Source of the DNA: a virus
Taxonomy: Duplodnaviria > Caudoviricetes
Reading direction: 5' to 3' (one strand)
Length of the DNA stretch: 59,241 nucleotides
Virus record (IMG/VR): IMGVR_UViG_3300025098_000044
Coordinates: 1-59,241 of that record
Positions 50,554 through 58,859 of this stretch are shown here, in pieces (the stretch's first letter is position 1; each line of letters opens with the position of its first letter). The translations under genes and the position numbers were made by a program. The notes below the pieces were generated by a model. It made no database searches. It saw only the letters and a program-made list of their open reading frames with translations, and was not told where the DNA came from.

Positions 50554-52476
50554 TTACTTTGTATACCTCTCCATAATCACGGTGTCCGAATCAAGTGGGA
50601 TATCGCACCATGTCGGAGGGGTAGTCATTATTCTTTTTATGTCTTTTTTGGCTTGGTGAAGTTTTTCATTTTCAACTTCAACAACAACCTCGTCGTGAAC
50701 AGTCATGACGATTTTGTAACCAAGCCTATCAATTTCAATCATGTGCTCCGAAAACAGATTCCGAGCGTTTGCTTGAACTTCATTTTGAAATAAGTTAGCC
50801 CCGTAATAGTTACTCCTACGGCCTCCGCCTTTTTGTAGCTTCGCTTTAGTCTGATCTTTTTCCTCGCGGATGTTCCAGAAATTAATCAAGCGACCATTCA
50901 TCAACTCAATTTGCATATCGTCACCATCATTTCGTGACTTATACTCCGAATCGTACTCACGCCATTTTTTGACAATTTTCGGGTTTTTATCACGGTAATC
51001 CATGACTTGAATAAATGCGTTTACCCAATGTTTTTTCGTAATAGAGTCGGCGGCATTAAACCATGCTAAATACTTTTTCTGATAAGAGTCTAAAAAGTTA
51101 GTAAATCTTTTCTTATCACCGAGGGCATACTCGCCTTCTAAGATTTTTAATTGCCCGAAAGATTGAACCGTCTCGTAAAATTTGTGCCAACCACAACCGT
51201 ATCCAAGTTGAAGGACACGGGTCTTAGCTAGCAAGTAGAGATCGGGGTCTTCATCTTTAAGTTTACCACCCGTCCACCCCATAGTATTTATAGCATGAGC
51301 CTCATACGGGTTGTAACCTTTGCGAACAAGATCAAGAGACTCAGTGTCGCCAACACACGCCCAAATTAAACGGGCTTCAATTTGACTAAGGTCACTTACA
51401 ATAAATGAATGACCATCGGGTGCTTTTATGCAGTTTCTGATATTAACACCGAACTTTGTGTCCCGTGGTAAATTCTGCATATTAAATCCACCAGCTCCAC
51501 TCCATCGGCCGGTGACTTCTGCACCGAAATACATTAAAGAGTAGGGCATCCTACCATGTATGTTGATACGGTCGTGCATCGTCTTTAAAGTCTTCAGATG
51601 CTTGTTGATGCGATTGTAGTTCTGCATATCCGCAACAAAATTTAATTTGTCTTTATACTTAGCCACCCACTTCTCCGTTTCCTTGTCTCCCTGGGCGAGG
51701 GACTTAGGTGGAGGGATACCTCTTTTGCGACATTCTAATGCCAAGGCTTTCTTGGAATATACTACATAAGGTTTTTTAGTGTCGGGGTCGATTTGATCGT
51801 ACCAAGGAAGATTTCTTTTAGCCTCCCATAAAGCCTTTTCCAGTTTATCAATTCCCGCCTCGACGGTGGGCTCGCATATTTTAACACCCTCCTCGCCCAT
51901 TCTTATTGTTAAATCTTCAAGCTCAAGTTCGATCTCGGGAATCTGTGGGTACAAATGTTCTAACAGTCTCCACTCGAGAACTGCATCTTGTTTCGCGTAA
52001 TTTACTACATCATCCCATTTACCTTCCGCTTTTATATCTTCGGGAGTCTTACCTTTCATGTAATCTCTTACTTCTTTTGACATGTCCTCATCAAATGCAC
52101 CCCGCATCGCATCTTGAAGACTACGACCAAGCTGCAAATAACAAGACATTGCGGAAGTATCGTGCCATCCTTTGATTTCGATATCGGGCATAAGACCCAT
52201 CTCGATTGCTTTAAGGGTGACGGGATAATCGAATCCTCTATTATGGGCTACGGCAATCCTACCTTCGAGCCTACCCCAATCAAACTCTCGGGGGTCACCC
52301 GCCCAAGATTCGTCTTTCCCGCCACCCCAAGCTAATCCCACGAGATAAGGATGAAATCGTTCGTGCTTACAGTACTCCCAAGTAGTTGTACCTTTTATTG
52401 TACAGTCTTTGTCATAGTAGGTTTCCCAGTCTATGACGAAATAGTTATCTTTTAAAAATTGTCTTCTCGTGGTCAT
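50554..52476 (-). CDS. polA: DNA polymerase family A with 3'-5' exonuclease
   Basis: Exo DWET, AHNRGFD, YAKQD; TGRWS, NMQNLPR, motif A DLSQIEAR, motif B AKTRVLQLGYG, motif C VHDE. Confidence 0.95.
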   Translation of the reverse strand: MTTRRQFLKDNYFVIDWETYYDKDCTIKGTTTWEYCKHERFHPYLVGLAWGGGKDESWAGDPREFDWGRLEGRIAVAHNRGFDYPVTLKAIEMGLMPDIEIKGWHDTSAMSCYLQLGRSLQDAMRGAFDEDMSKEVRDYMKGKTPEDIKAEGKWDDVVNYAKQDAVLEWRLLEHLYPQIPEIELELEDLTIRMGEEGVKICEPTVEAGIDKLEKALWEAKRNLPWYDQIDPDTKKPYVVYSKKALALECRKRGIPPPKSLAQGDKETEKWVAKYKDKLNFVADMQNYNRINKHLKTLKTMHDRINIHGRMPYSLMYFGAEVTGRWSGAGGFNMQNLPRDTKFGVNIRNCIKAPDGHSFIVSDLSQIEARLIWACVGDTESLDLVRKGYNPYEAHAINTMGWTGGKLKDEDPDLYLLAKTRVLQLGYGCGWHKFYETVQSFGQLKILEGEYALGDKKRFTNFLDSYQKKYLAWFNAADSITKKHWVNAFIQVMDYRDKNPKIVKKWREYDSEYKSRNDGDDMQIELMNGRLINFWNIREEKDQTKAKLQKGGGRRSNYYGANLFQNEVQANARNLFSEHMIEIDRLGYKIVMTVHDEVVVEVENEKLHQAKKDIKRIMTTPPTWCDIPLDSDTVIMERYTK

Positions 52477-52488
52477 TTTTATTAGGGG

Positions 52489-52534
52489 AAAAAGGCGGGG
52501 CGCTGGAGAGAAAGGAAAAAACCCCCAGCGCCCC
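52489..52534 (-). terminator. GC-rich hairpin (terminator or processing site) between SSB-like gene and polA
   Basis: GGGGCGCTGG (52497-52506) / CCAGCGCCCC (52525-52534); GCCTTTTT follows on the - strand. Confidence 0.6.
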
Positions 52535-52567
52535 TATGGTATAACTAATATTACAATTCTAGTGGAA

Positions 52568-53233
52568 CTACATGAATTCCCCTAAAAATGTTTGAAACTC
52601 CTCGGAGTTAGCTCCGGATCGCTTCAAAGTGTTCACCCAATATGAACCTTTTGATCCGTCCACTTTCTTAGGCTCCATAGTGAAACTTCCACCACGGATA
52701 TTGTTTTTAAGAAAGGTACTATCAGCGGTCACAATAGGTTTCGCGGCTGTTGCGTAACTTGTACCTTTAATTCTCCAAGCGCAGAACATGAAGTTGTTAC
52801 CTTCAAATTCATATGGGAACTGTTGTGGGTCTGCATTTTCAGGCCCATGCACACAGATCATAGTGTCCATAAGTGCGTTGGCCGATGGTCGTTGGTTGTC
52901 TACCCACTTGAGGCTAAGACCAGCTTCTAATAACTCTTCTTCAGTATCAAAGAATCGAGATGTTTCGTCAGCCCCAAAAGGGATGTACTCCACATACGAT
53001 TTCTTATAACTCATCACGGTTACAATCGCCGGCTTATCTATCTCGAACTCGTTATCAACCACAAGTTTACCCTTTTGCCAATCACCCCATGCTCCTGCCC
53101 CTTGGGCTAGTCGAAGCTCGGGCATAATTATATCGGAGGCTTGGAAGTCCCCTTGTGCATAAGAGCCGGTTGCGATAGCAACTTCATTCGTTTCTGTTTC
53201 TGTTTCTTTTGGTTTTTCTGCTGTTTTTGGCAT
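52568..53233 (-). CDS. Putative ssDNA-binding/replication accessory protein
   Basis: SDIIMPELRLAQ motif; acidic; between exonuclease and polA, the usual SSB slot. Confidence 0.55.
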   Translation of the reverse strand: MPKTAEKPKETETETNEVAIATGSYAQGDFQASDIIMPELRLAQGAGAWGDWQKGKLVVDNEFEIDKPAIVTVMSYKKSYVEYIPFGADETSRFFDTEEELLEAGLSLKWVDNQRPSANALMDTMICVHGPENADPQQFPYEFEGNNFMFCAWRIKGTSYATAAKPIVTADSTFLKNNIRGGSFTMEPKKVDGSKGSYWVNTLKRSGANSEEFQTFLGEFM

Positions 53234-53337
53234 AACTTAGTTGGTTTTTAGGTTTGTTTGTTTCAGTAGCGTATAAAAAAATTATACACTCTAGTTAAAA
53301 CTTAATATGCGTTGAAAGTCGCGGGGTGTGACAAATT

Positions 53338-54186
53338 TCATGATTTTGTTTTTGTTAAGTAAGGTGTTCTTGAGTCTTGCTCATCATCATCGCTGGCAAT
53401 GACTCCACTCTTTAATAAGGCTAATTCAATTTTGGCTCGGGCATCTTTCTTCTCACCCCGTGGAAGTTTAGATGCGTAGGCTTTCGATAAAGCGGGTAGG
53501 GTGACCTTACACGCTTTGACAAATTCCTCCGGTGCTAGAAGTTGCTCCAAGGCATCAAACGCGTCCTGTGCATCATTGATCTTTGCCGCTGGTGATCGGT
53601 ATCTAAGATCGAAACCTGGAATATCATACCCCTCATCGGTGGCTAGCTCTAGAGCCCTAGCATTTACGGCTGAAGTCCAACGGTCGAGCACCATAGACAC
53701 AATCTTCATCTGTCCGATGGTCGCAGGATCGTCGATAAGTGCGGGATCCATCTTATCTAAAAGAGAAATCTCAAACTCATCAACCTTGTCGGCGTACTTC
53801 TTAGCGATTGGCAAGAGCTTATCAGATAGGGCGGGGCAGGTAATCCTTTCCCCACAAAATCTACAAGCCTCGGTATCGGGGTTCAACTGCTTCTTATCAG
53901 AAATTGCTCTCTCGATAATAAGTCTAATCCGAGCAACCTTTTCCAAAACCTCTTCCCGTGTAAAAATGTGGGATAATACTTCGTTACGCCTTGGGCATAC
54001 AAAATATATCTCCACAGTCTCCACCCACTCGTATCTTTGCAGGAGTCCGATAGCATAGGCCAATGACTGCGGGTTAATGTCCGCAGGCTCGATAGCCCCG
54101 TATCCAAACTTATAGTCAACTAACTTAGCTAACTTAAGCTGCTTGAATAGTATTATTTCGTCTGCTGTCCCGAATATTGAACGCAT
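53338..54186 (-). CDS. Cas4/DUF2800-like PD-(D/E)XK exonuclease, C-terminal part
   Basis: FGTAD, VDYKFG, Q...Y, CRFC-x5-CP. Confidence 0.85.
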   Translation of the reverse strand: MRSIFGTADEIILFKQLKLAKLVDYKFGYGAIEPADINPQSLAYAIGLLQRYEWVETVEIYFVCPRRNEVLSHIFTREEVLEKVARIRLIIERAISDKKQLNPDTEACRFCGERITCPALSDKLLPIAKKYADKVDEFEISLLDKMDPALIDDPATIGQMKIVSMVLDRWTSAVNARALELATDEGYDIPGFDLRYRSPAAKINDAQDAFDALEQLLAPEEFVKACKVTLPALSKAYASKLPRGEKKDARAKIELALLKSGVIASDDDEQDSRTPYLTKTKS

Positions 54187-54340
54187 TGCAAAAATTTAAG
54201 AATTGGGCGTCGCAAGTGAACTCGGCAAGTTGGTACAGCATTCCGTCTGCGCCTTTAACTTTGTAAACTCCGTCGTGTTGTTGAACATATTTAACAGGCA
54301 CTTGTTTGCGCCTCATAGTGGTAGTAAGAGTATGGGTCAT
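54134..54340 (-). CDS. 68-aa ORF inserted between the two exonuclease halves
   Basis: ATGA-coupled to the N-half stop; overlaps the C-half start by 53 nt. Confidence 0.5.
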   Translation of the reverse strand: MTHTLTTTMRRKQVPVKYVQQHDGVYKVKGADGMLYQLAEFTCDAQFLNFCNAFNIRDSRRNNTIQAA

Positions 54341-54603
54341 GTTATATCTATGGTTAGCTTTGTTTCTTTAATGACCTCATCCGCACCCTCTCGTAATGGG
54401 CGCACTACATCTAAGACTTTATTAACAAGAGCTATCTGATCTTCTGTAAGACCTTCAAAGTTCTCAGTCTCGGTAGCATGGTGAAGAAGTGTGCCTTCCT
54501 CAGCCGCTGGATTAGTCTCCCCCGAATTCCTAAAGCCTGGACAAATTTCCAGATGCTTTAAAGTACTCGGGCCAAATTTGTGGTGATCAATCGGACTTGC
54601 CAT
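54337..54603 (-). CDS. Cas4/DUF2800-like exonuclease, N-terminal part
   Basis: HHKFGPSTL...ICPG...AAEEGTLLH...KETKL then TGA. Confidence 0.82.
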   Translation of the reverse strand: MASPIDHHKFGPSTLKHLEICPGFRNSGETNPAAEEGTLLHHATETENFEGLTEDQIALVNKVLDVVRPLREGADEVIKETKLTIDIT

Positions 54604-54910
54604 CCGATAACTCTGCGACCTTAGTCGATAACGCGGCTATGTTAATCTTAAGATAAGCCAACTCCATTACAAAAGGAGTCAGTATTGCCGCTAATTGATC
54701 AATGTCCTCACCTTTAGTCTCCAAATCTTTAACTGCCCTATCCGCGCCATCTTGAAGAGACTGAGAAAGGTGCGCGGCATTAATGCTCACTAACTCTTTC
54801 ATGTCTTCGGGTAGGTCTTCGACATTCTTTAAAGAAAGCAAAAGGTTAGTTTCAGAGGCTTCCGGCTCTTCGGGTTTTTCGGGACTTTCGTCGTCAATTT
54901 TATATCTCAT
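54587..54910 (-). CDS. Hypothetical acidic helical protein
   Basis: 107-aa ORF overlapping the downstream gene. Confidence 0.65.
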   Translation of the reverse strand: MRYKIDDESPEKPEEPEASETNLLLSLKNVEDLPEDMKELVSINAAHLSQSLQDGADRAVKDLETKGEDIDQLAAILTPFVMELAYLKINIAALSTKVAELSDGKSD

Positions 54911-55061
54911 ATTTTATGTGGGTTTATTTGTTACTTAGAGCCTAGGTGGCTTGGTTAATTTCCCCTCTCGAGGCCAAGGCTTATCCACCTCCTGCTTGGA
55001 AAGTCTACCTTGCATGTATTTTTTTACTTTGTCAAACAAAATATAAAATTGTTTTACAATG

Positions 55062-56411
55062 TTATACAAAAATTGGATTAAGTTCGTCATCGTTTATTAA
55101 ATCTAAATGGTTAAGTTTCTTTTTAACGGCTGCACAGACACGCATCTCAATGCTTCCGGCTGCAAATATTATTTTCTGAATGGCGGGACTCTTGGAGCCT
55201 GCTCTGTGAATTCTACCCAAGGTCTGTCTAAGCTCAATCGCACTGAAACCTGGACTTATTAATGAGACTCTTGGATGATTGCCATGAGTGTCATGTAAGC
55301 TGATACCAACACCGCCCGCTTGAATCATACAAATAATAATCCTAGCCTCGTCCCGCTGAAATCTGTTTATATGCACTTCCCTTACATCGTCCGCCTGACC
55401 ACCCTCTATTATGGAAACCATACAAAGGTCGCTGATACGCTGGGCGATGGCCTCAAGAGTGGCTTTGAAATTTACAAATATAGCAACACTACTTCCCTCA
55501 GCATAAGCATCATGAGCCAGCTCTACAAAAGTTGGTACCTTCATTAGCTCAATCTGCTGACGAGCCCTTAGCTGAACGGTTAATGGATTCTCATCCTCAT
55601 CCTGATCAACCTTTTCCTGTAAAGCCTCAAGCTCTGCCGCCATGTTGTGGTAAATAGAATCTATATCCTCATCCAAACTATAACCATCGGGGATAATTAA
55701 ATTTTCGGGAAAAGTCCCCTTGGGCAAATCCGCAATCCGGATACGGGAACCATACCCCTCATAGATATGTTTATGAAATCTCTTTAGCACCGGCTTAGGG
55801 TTTCGGAACTCTAGGGAGAAGCGGCCTTTCTTACACCCATTTTTCTGACACCAGTTCCACCAGTCCTTACCGCTATGCATGTCGAGGGCATAACCCATCG
55901 CCCGCATCTCCAACGGATTTGAGCAACTAGTGGCTCCGAGTAGGAGTATCCGAAACCCTAAGGCTTTGGCACTAATGAGTATCTTAGAATTTAGAGACTT
56001 ATGCCCTTTCATCCTATGATCCTCATCAAAAATAATTAACATCTTATCGGGATCCAATGTCTTCCACCGAAAGAATCCACGCTTGGGTATCCAACCCCAA
56101 TCAGTCTTACCACCACGCAACTTCTCATAATTAATTACATAGTTTATATTCTGATTAAAATTTAACATCCATTCCTGCCACGCGGGAATAACACTCTTCG
56201 GGCAAACAACAAAAGGTTCAAGCCCAAGTCGCCTCGCAACTTCCATCGCAATCACAGTCTTCCCGGTCCCGGTATCACTACCATCCTTAGCCACACCATG
56301 TGCCTTAATACTTTGAGTAAGATTATCGCAATGATCCTTCTGCCAATCGTAAAGCTCAGGAACAAGCTTGTTCTTAGTACTCTGCCTAATCATACCTTCT
56401 ATAGTGCTCAA
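55062..56411 (-). CDS. SF2 (SNF2-like) helicase
   Basis: DTGTGKT, IIFDEDH, LGAT, AGGVGISL, QTLGRIHRAG. Confidence 0.92.
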   Translation of the reverse strand: MSTIEGMIRQSTKNKLVPELYDWQKDHCDNLTQSIKAHGVAKDGSDTGTGKTVIAMEVARRLGLEPFVVCPKSVIPAWQEWMLNFNQNINYVINYEKLRGGKTDWGWIPKRGFFRWKTLDPDKMLIIFDEDHRMKGHKSLNSKILISAKALGFRILLLGATSCSNPLEMRAMGYALDMHSGKDWWNWCQKNGCKKGRFSLEFRNPKPVLKRFHKHIYEGYGSRIRIADLPKGTFPENLIIPDGYSLDEDIDSIYHNMAAELEALQEKVDQDEDENPLTVQLRARQQIELMKVPTFVELAHDAYAEGSSVAIFVNFKATLEAIAQRISDLCMVSIIEGGQADDVREVHINRFQRDEARIIICMIQAGGVGISLHDTHGNHPRVSLISPGFSAIELRQTLGRIHRAGSKSPAIQKIIFAAGSIEMRVCAAVKKKLNHLDLINDDELNPIFV

Positions 56412-56584
56412 TATTGAAACTCCTCTAAATCTATTTTGTCGTCTTTTGCTATCTTGTGCATCTTACACCTTAACTTTCTAATCGCTACTTCCTCGATCTG
56501 ACGAATCCGCTCACGACTAACACCAACAAAGTCAGCTATCTCCTGCAATGTATGAGGATTCCCCGGCTTAGCTTCCATTACCAT
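56408..56584 (-). CDS. Stand-alone sigma70 region-4 HTH protein (start uncertain)
   Basis: TLQEIADFVGVSRERIRQIEEVAIRKLR, close to RpoD region 4.2; the 144-aa ORF's N-terminal part overlaps the NrdR-like gene in another frame. Confidence 0.8.
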   Translation of the reverse strand: MVMEAKPGNPHTLQEIADFVGVSRERIRQIEEVAIRKLRCKMHKIAKDDKIDLEEFQY

Positions 56585-56600
56585 TTGTCTTAGCTTGATA

Positions 56601-56858
56601 TCAACCAGCGTTAACTTCTTCGCGGACTTCTGCTTCGAGTGAATGTTGATCGATTCCGAGGGCTTTTTCGAAGACTTGGGTCTTTTTTCTAAGCGTTTTG
56701 TTTTCGAGGATGAGGTTGTGGATGAAGTCTCCCTCGATTTCGCGGGTCGTGAACCGATGGCCGCAAGTAAAACAGCTACGGCGTCTTCTCCAACTAGCCC
56801 CAGGTCCTTGGCGAGAGTCTTTGACGGATGTTCTTTTCTCACACTTAGGACACTTCAT
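56601..56858 (-). CDS. NrdR-like N-terminal zinc ribbon plus coiled coil, no ATP cone
   Basis: MKCPKC...T.VKDSR......RRRRSCFTCGHRFTTRE. Confidence 0.85.
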   Translation of the reverse strand: MKCPKCEKRTSVKDSRQGPGASWRRRRSCFTCGHRFTTREIEGDFIHNLILENKTLRKKTQVFEKALGIDQHSLEAEVREEVNAG

Positions 56859-57042
56859 GGGATACTAGAGACTTCGACTTCCTCAATCGCTCGGAAAAAG
56901 CTAAAGCCGCATTCTTGGCAACAGCCTCACGCTCCTTTAACTTTTTCTCCAAAGTTGCGACTCGATCGACTAGGCCATCAAGGGTGTGCTCCATTATATT
57001 AAGCTGATTTTCTATTCTATTTAGATCTATATTTAATGTCAT
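56845..57042 (-). CDS. Small coiled-coil protein
   Basis: Heptad pattern; first gene after promoter at 57049-57076. Confidence 0.65.
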   Translation of the reverse strand: MTLNIDLNRIENQLNIMEHTLDGLVDRVATLEKKLKEREAVAKNAALAFSERLRKSKSLVSHEVS

Positions 57043-57048
57043 TCCTTC

Positions 57049-57076
57049 ATCGTATGCATTTGTTATACATTGTCAA
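57049..57076 (-). promoter_or_regulatory. Sigma70-type early promoter, leaderless start at 57042
   Basis: TTGACA-16 nt-TACGAT-6 nt-ATG. Confidence 0.65.
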
Positions 57077-57140
57077 ATAAATTATAAAAAAAATATACGG
57101 AAGGTCGAAAAACCGGTGTTCAACAAAGGTTTAAAAAGAT

Positions 57141-57167
57141 AAAACCTGGTTCGGAGGTCTCCTCCGA
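57141..57167 (-). terminator. Possible terminator hairpin
   Basis: TCGGAGG-3 nt-CCTCCGA just after the stop of 57171..57392; weak U-tract. Confidence 0.4.
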
Positions 57168-57170
57168 CTC

Positions 57171-57392
57171 CTATTCCGATTTATCGACTGATTTTTTTAA
57201 ATCTAAAATCTTACCACCAAGGTGAGTATCTCGCAATATATGACGAACACCAACTTCAAAAAAGTCTCGATCACCAGCTACCTCCTGGCCAAGCTCGACA
57301 ACTTGCTCATAAAGCATGTCGTTTACATTTAAATCCACGGACACGCAGTTATAAGCCTCTTCGTGAGTTTCAGGTTGGTCTAAATTTGACAT
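57171..57392 (-). CDS. Hypothetical protein
   Basis: 73-aa ORF in the early operon. Confidence 0.6.
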   Translation of the reverse strand: MSNLDQPETHEEAYNCVSVDLNVNDMLYEQVVELGQEVAGDRDFFEVGVRHILRDTHLGGKILDLKKSVDKSE

Positions 57393-57429
57393 AATTTACG
57401 ATGGTTTATCTTAATTTTAATACTTTAAG

Positions 57430-57870
57430 TCAATTATGTTTTACGGTTTTAGCATAATTTAATACTAACAAAGCATCACATGTAGCATTTGTAATACCTT
57501 TCAATGCGGGATACATACGAATCGCATTATCCTTTAAAATCCTTTTCCTTTGAGCGTAACTCAATTTGGGACGGATCCCCGACAAACCCTTCTGCCATTT
57601 CTTAGGCGATACGAGCTCCACCGGAAAGGCAAAAGCCCGGCAAGCACCCATTATAAATCCAAAGTTATAACCTAGCTTAAAAGAAGAAGAATTACTTGTT
57701 GCAGAGCTAACAAATACGGGAACATCTTCCACAAATATGCGAGTCTTGCGGTCAAAATTTTCTATGATTTTCAGATAATCAGATTCAGTTGTAAATTTAT
57801 CAAGGTAGATATCCTCACCATCGTAGTAAGCAACACCACCACCCTTCCCTGGATCAAATGCAGCTATCAT
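57430..57870 (-). CDS. RuvC-like Holliday junction resolvase
   Basis: AFDPGKGGG, FVEDV, F..G...G, VSPKKWQK, DALL. Confidence 0.85.
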   Translation of the reverse strand: MIAAFDPGKGGGVAYYDGEDIYLDKFTTESDYLKIIENFDRKTRIFVEDVPVFVSSATSNSSSFKLGYNFGFIMGACRAFAFPVELVSPKKWQKGLSGIRPKLSYAQRKRILKDNAIRMYPALKGITNATCDALLVLNYAKTVKHN

Positions 57871-58049
57871 TTCCCTATGATCTCTAGCTGACGCTCGAGC
57901 TTCTTATTACGCTCCCGTCGCTCCAACTCCCTACGAATAGCCTCTCTAGCTATCTGAGAACGCGTTGTCCCAGCATCCTCTGCCTCTTTAGAGAGCTTGC
58001 CGTCCGTATCGTCGTCAAGACGAATGTTGAGTTGTGTTACCCATCTCAT
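57867..58049 (-). CDS. Ribbon-helix-helix regulator (CopG-like)
   Basis: QLNIRLDD...L...A...G.TRSQIAREAI; start reassigned to ATG 58049, 5 nt after TGn-TACTAT. Confidence 0.8.
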   Translation of the reverse strand: MRWVTQLNIRLDDDTDGKLSKEAEDAGTTRSQIAREAIRRELERRERNKKLERQLEIIGK

Positions 58050-58177
58050 AGGCCATAGTATCATTGGTCGTCGGTCGTAGGGCAAAGAAAAGTTTGATAA
58101 ACACAATATTTTGTATATCAATAGTTGACATATGTATAAACTATGGTGTAAAAGATGATACAAAAGGAAAAATATAT

Positions 58178-58471
58178 ATGAAAAAGACAATTAATTCAAA
58201 GGACGAGACGGCCGCTAAGGATATTACCTGTGCGGTTCGATTCAACCACAGCATGTATGAGCGCTTGAAAGAGACTGCTCATGACATGAACCTTTCCTTG
58301 TCCGATGTTATTCGGCAAGCGTTAGTAGACTACATGGAATCACACAGCAAATCATTACTGGAGAAAAAACTCGAGGAAATCGAGTTAAGAAAGAAAGTCA
58401 CTGAAGCGACGGCTAATGAAGATCAAAGTCTAAGAGACACTTTATTAGAATTGCTTAATAAGGCAAGCTAG
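58178..58471 (+). CDS. Ribbon-helix-helix regulator (repressor candidate)
   Basis: CAVRF...MYERL...A....LSLSDVIRQAL; start reassigned to ATG 58178 (AAGGA upstream); TTGACA at 58125. Confidence 0.78.
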   Translation: MKKTINSKDETAAKDITCAVRFNHSMYERLKETAHDMNLSLSDVIRQALVDYMESHSKSLLEKKLEEIELRKKVTEATANEDQSLRDTLLELLNKAS

Positions 58472-58551
58472 CAGTAGAATAAGTCAGAAAGGTGGCTTGG
58501 CGGCTTAACCAACGCGCTGTTGGAGGCAATTTCTTTGAATTATTGCGAATT

Positions 58552-58836
58552 ATGGTTTAAAATGAAGAGTTTATGGTTTCTTAAAAAAAAACCATATTTC
58601 ATAAGTCGTTGATAATTCCTTATCTTATATTCCTATTTATTATTATATTGTTTATATATATATATTAATAGTAAAAGAAGAGAAGAGAAGAAAAAGAGGG
58701 TAGGATAAAAAGAAGATAAGAGGGATATAGAAGAGAGACTAAGAAAACAAAACCATAAAACCATATTTCTCCCTTAAATCGTTGCTTGACAACATGTTAG
58801 TTTCCAAATGGTTTCCATGGTTTTAAAAAAAACCAT
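58552..58836. other. Probable replication origin with ATGGTTT/AAACCAT iterons, AT-rich core and IHF-consensus site
   Basis: Eight heptamers (58552, 58573, 58589, 58750, 58758, 58808, 58817, 58830); TAAGTCGTTGATA at 58602-58614 matches WATCAANNNNTTR on the - strand. Confidence 0.7.
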
Positions 58837-58859
58837 AAAGTCGATGTGGTGCGCTGGAT

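Noticed and set aside
54187-54339. Stop-codon reassignment explaining the split exonuclease
   Set aside because: Gap contains both TGA and TAA in frame, and TAA, TAG and TGA all end genuine genes elsewhere
56621-56842. N-terminal part of the 144-aa ORF 56408..56842
   Set aside because: Overlaps the well-supported NrdR-like gene in another frame and is low-complexity; only the sigma-4 part is accepted
54944-58500. AGGTGGCTTGG shared by two intergenic regions (54944, 58490), suggesting antisense control
   Set aside because: A single 11-mer match among a few kb of non-coding DNA is roughly at chance expectation
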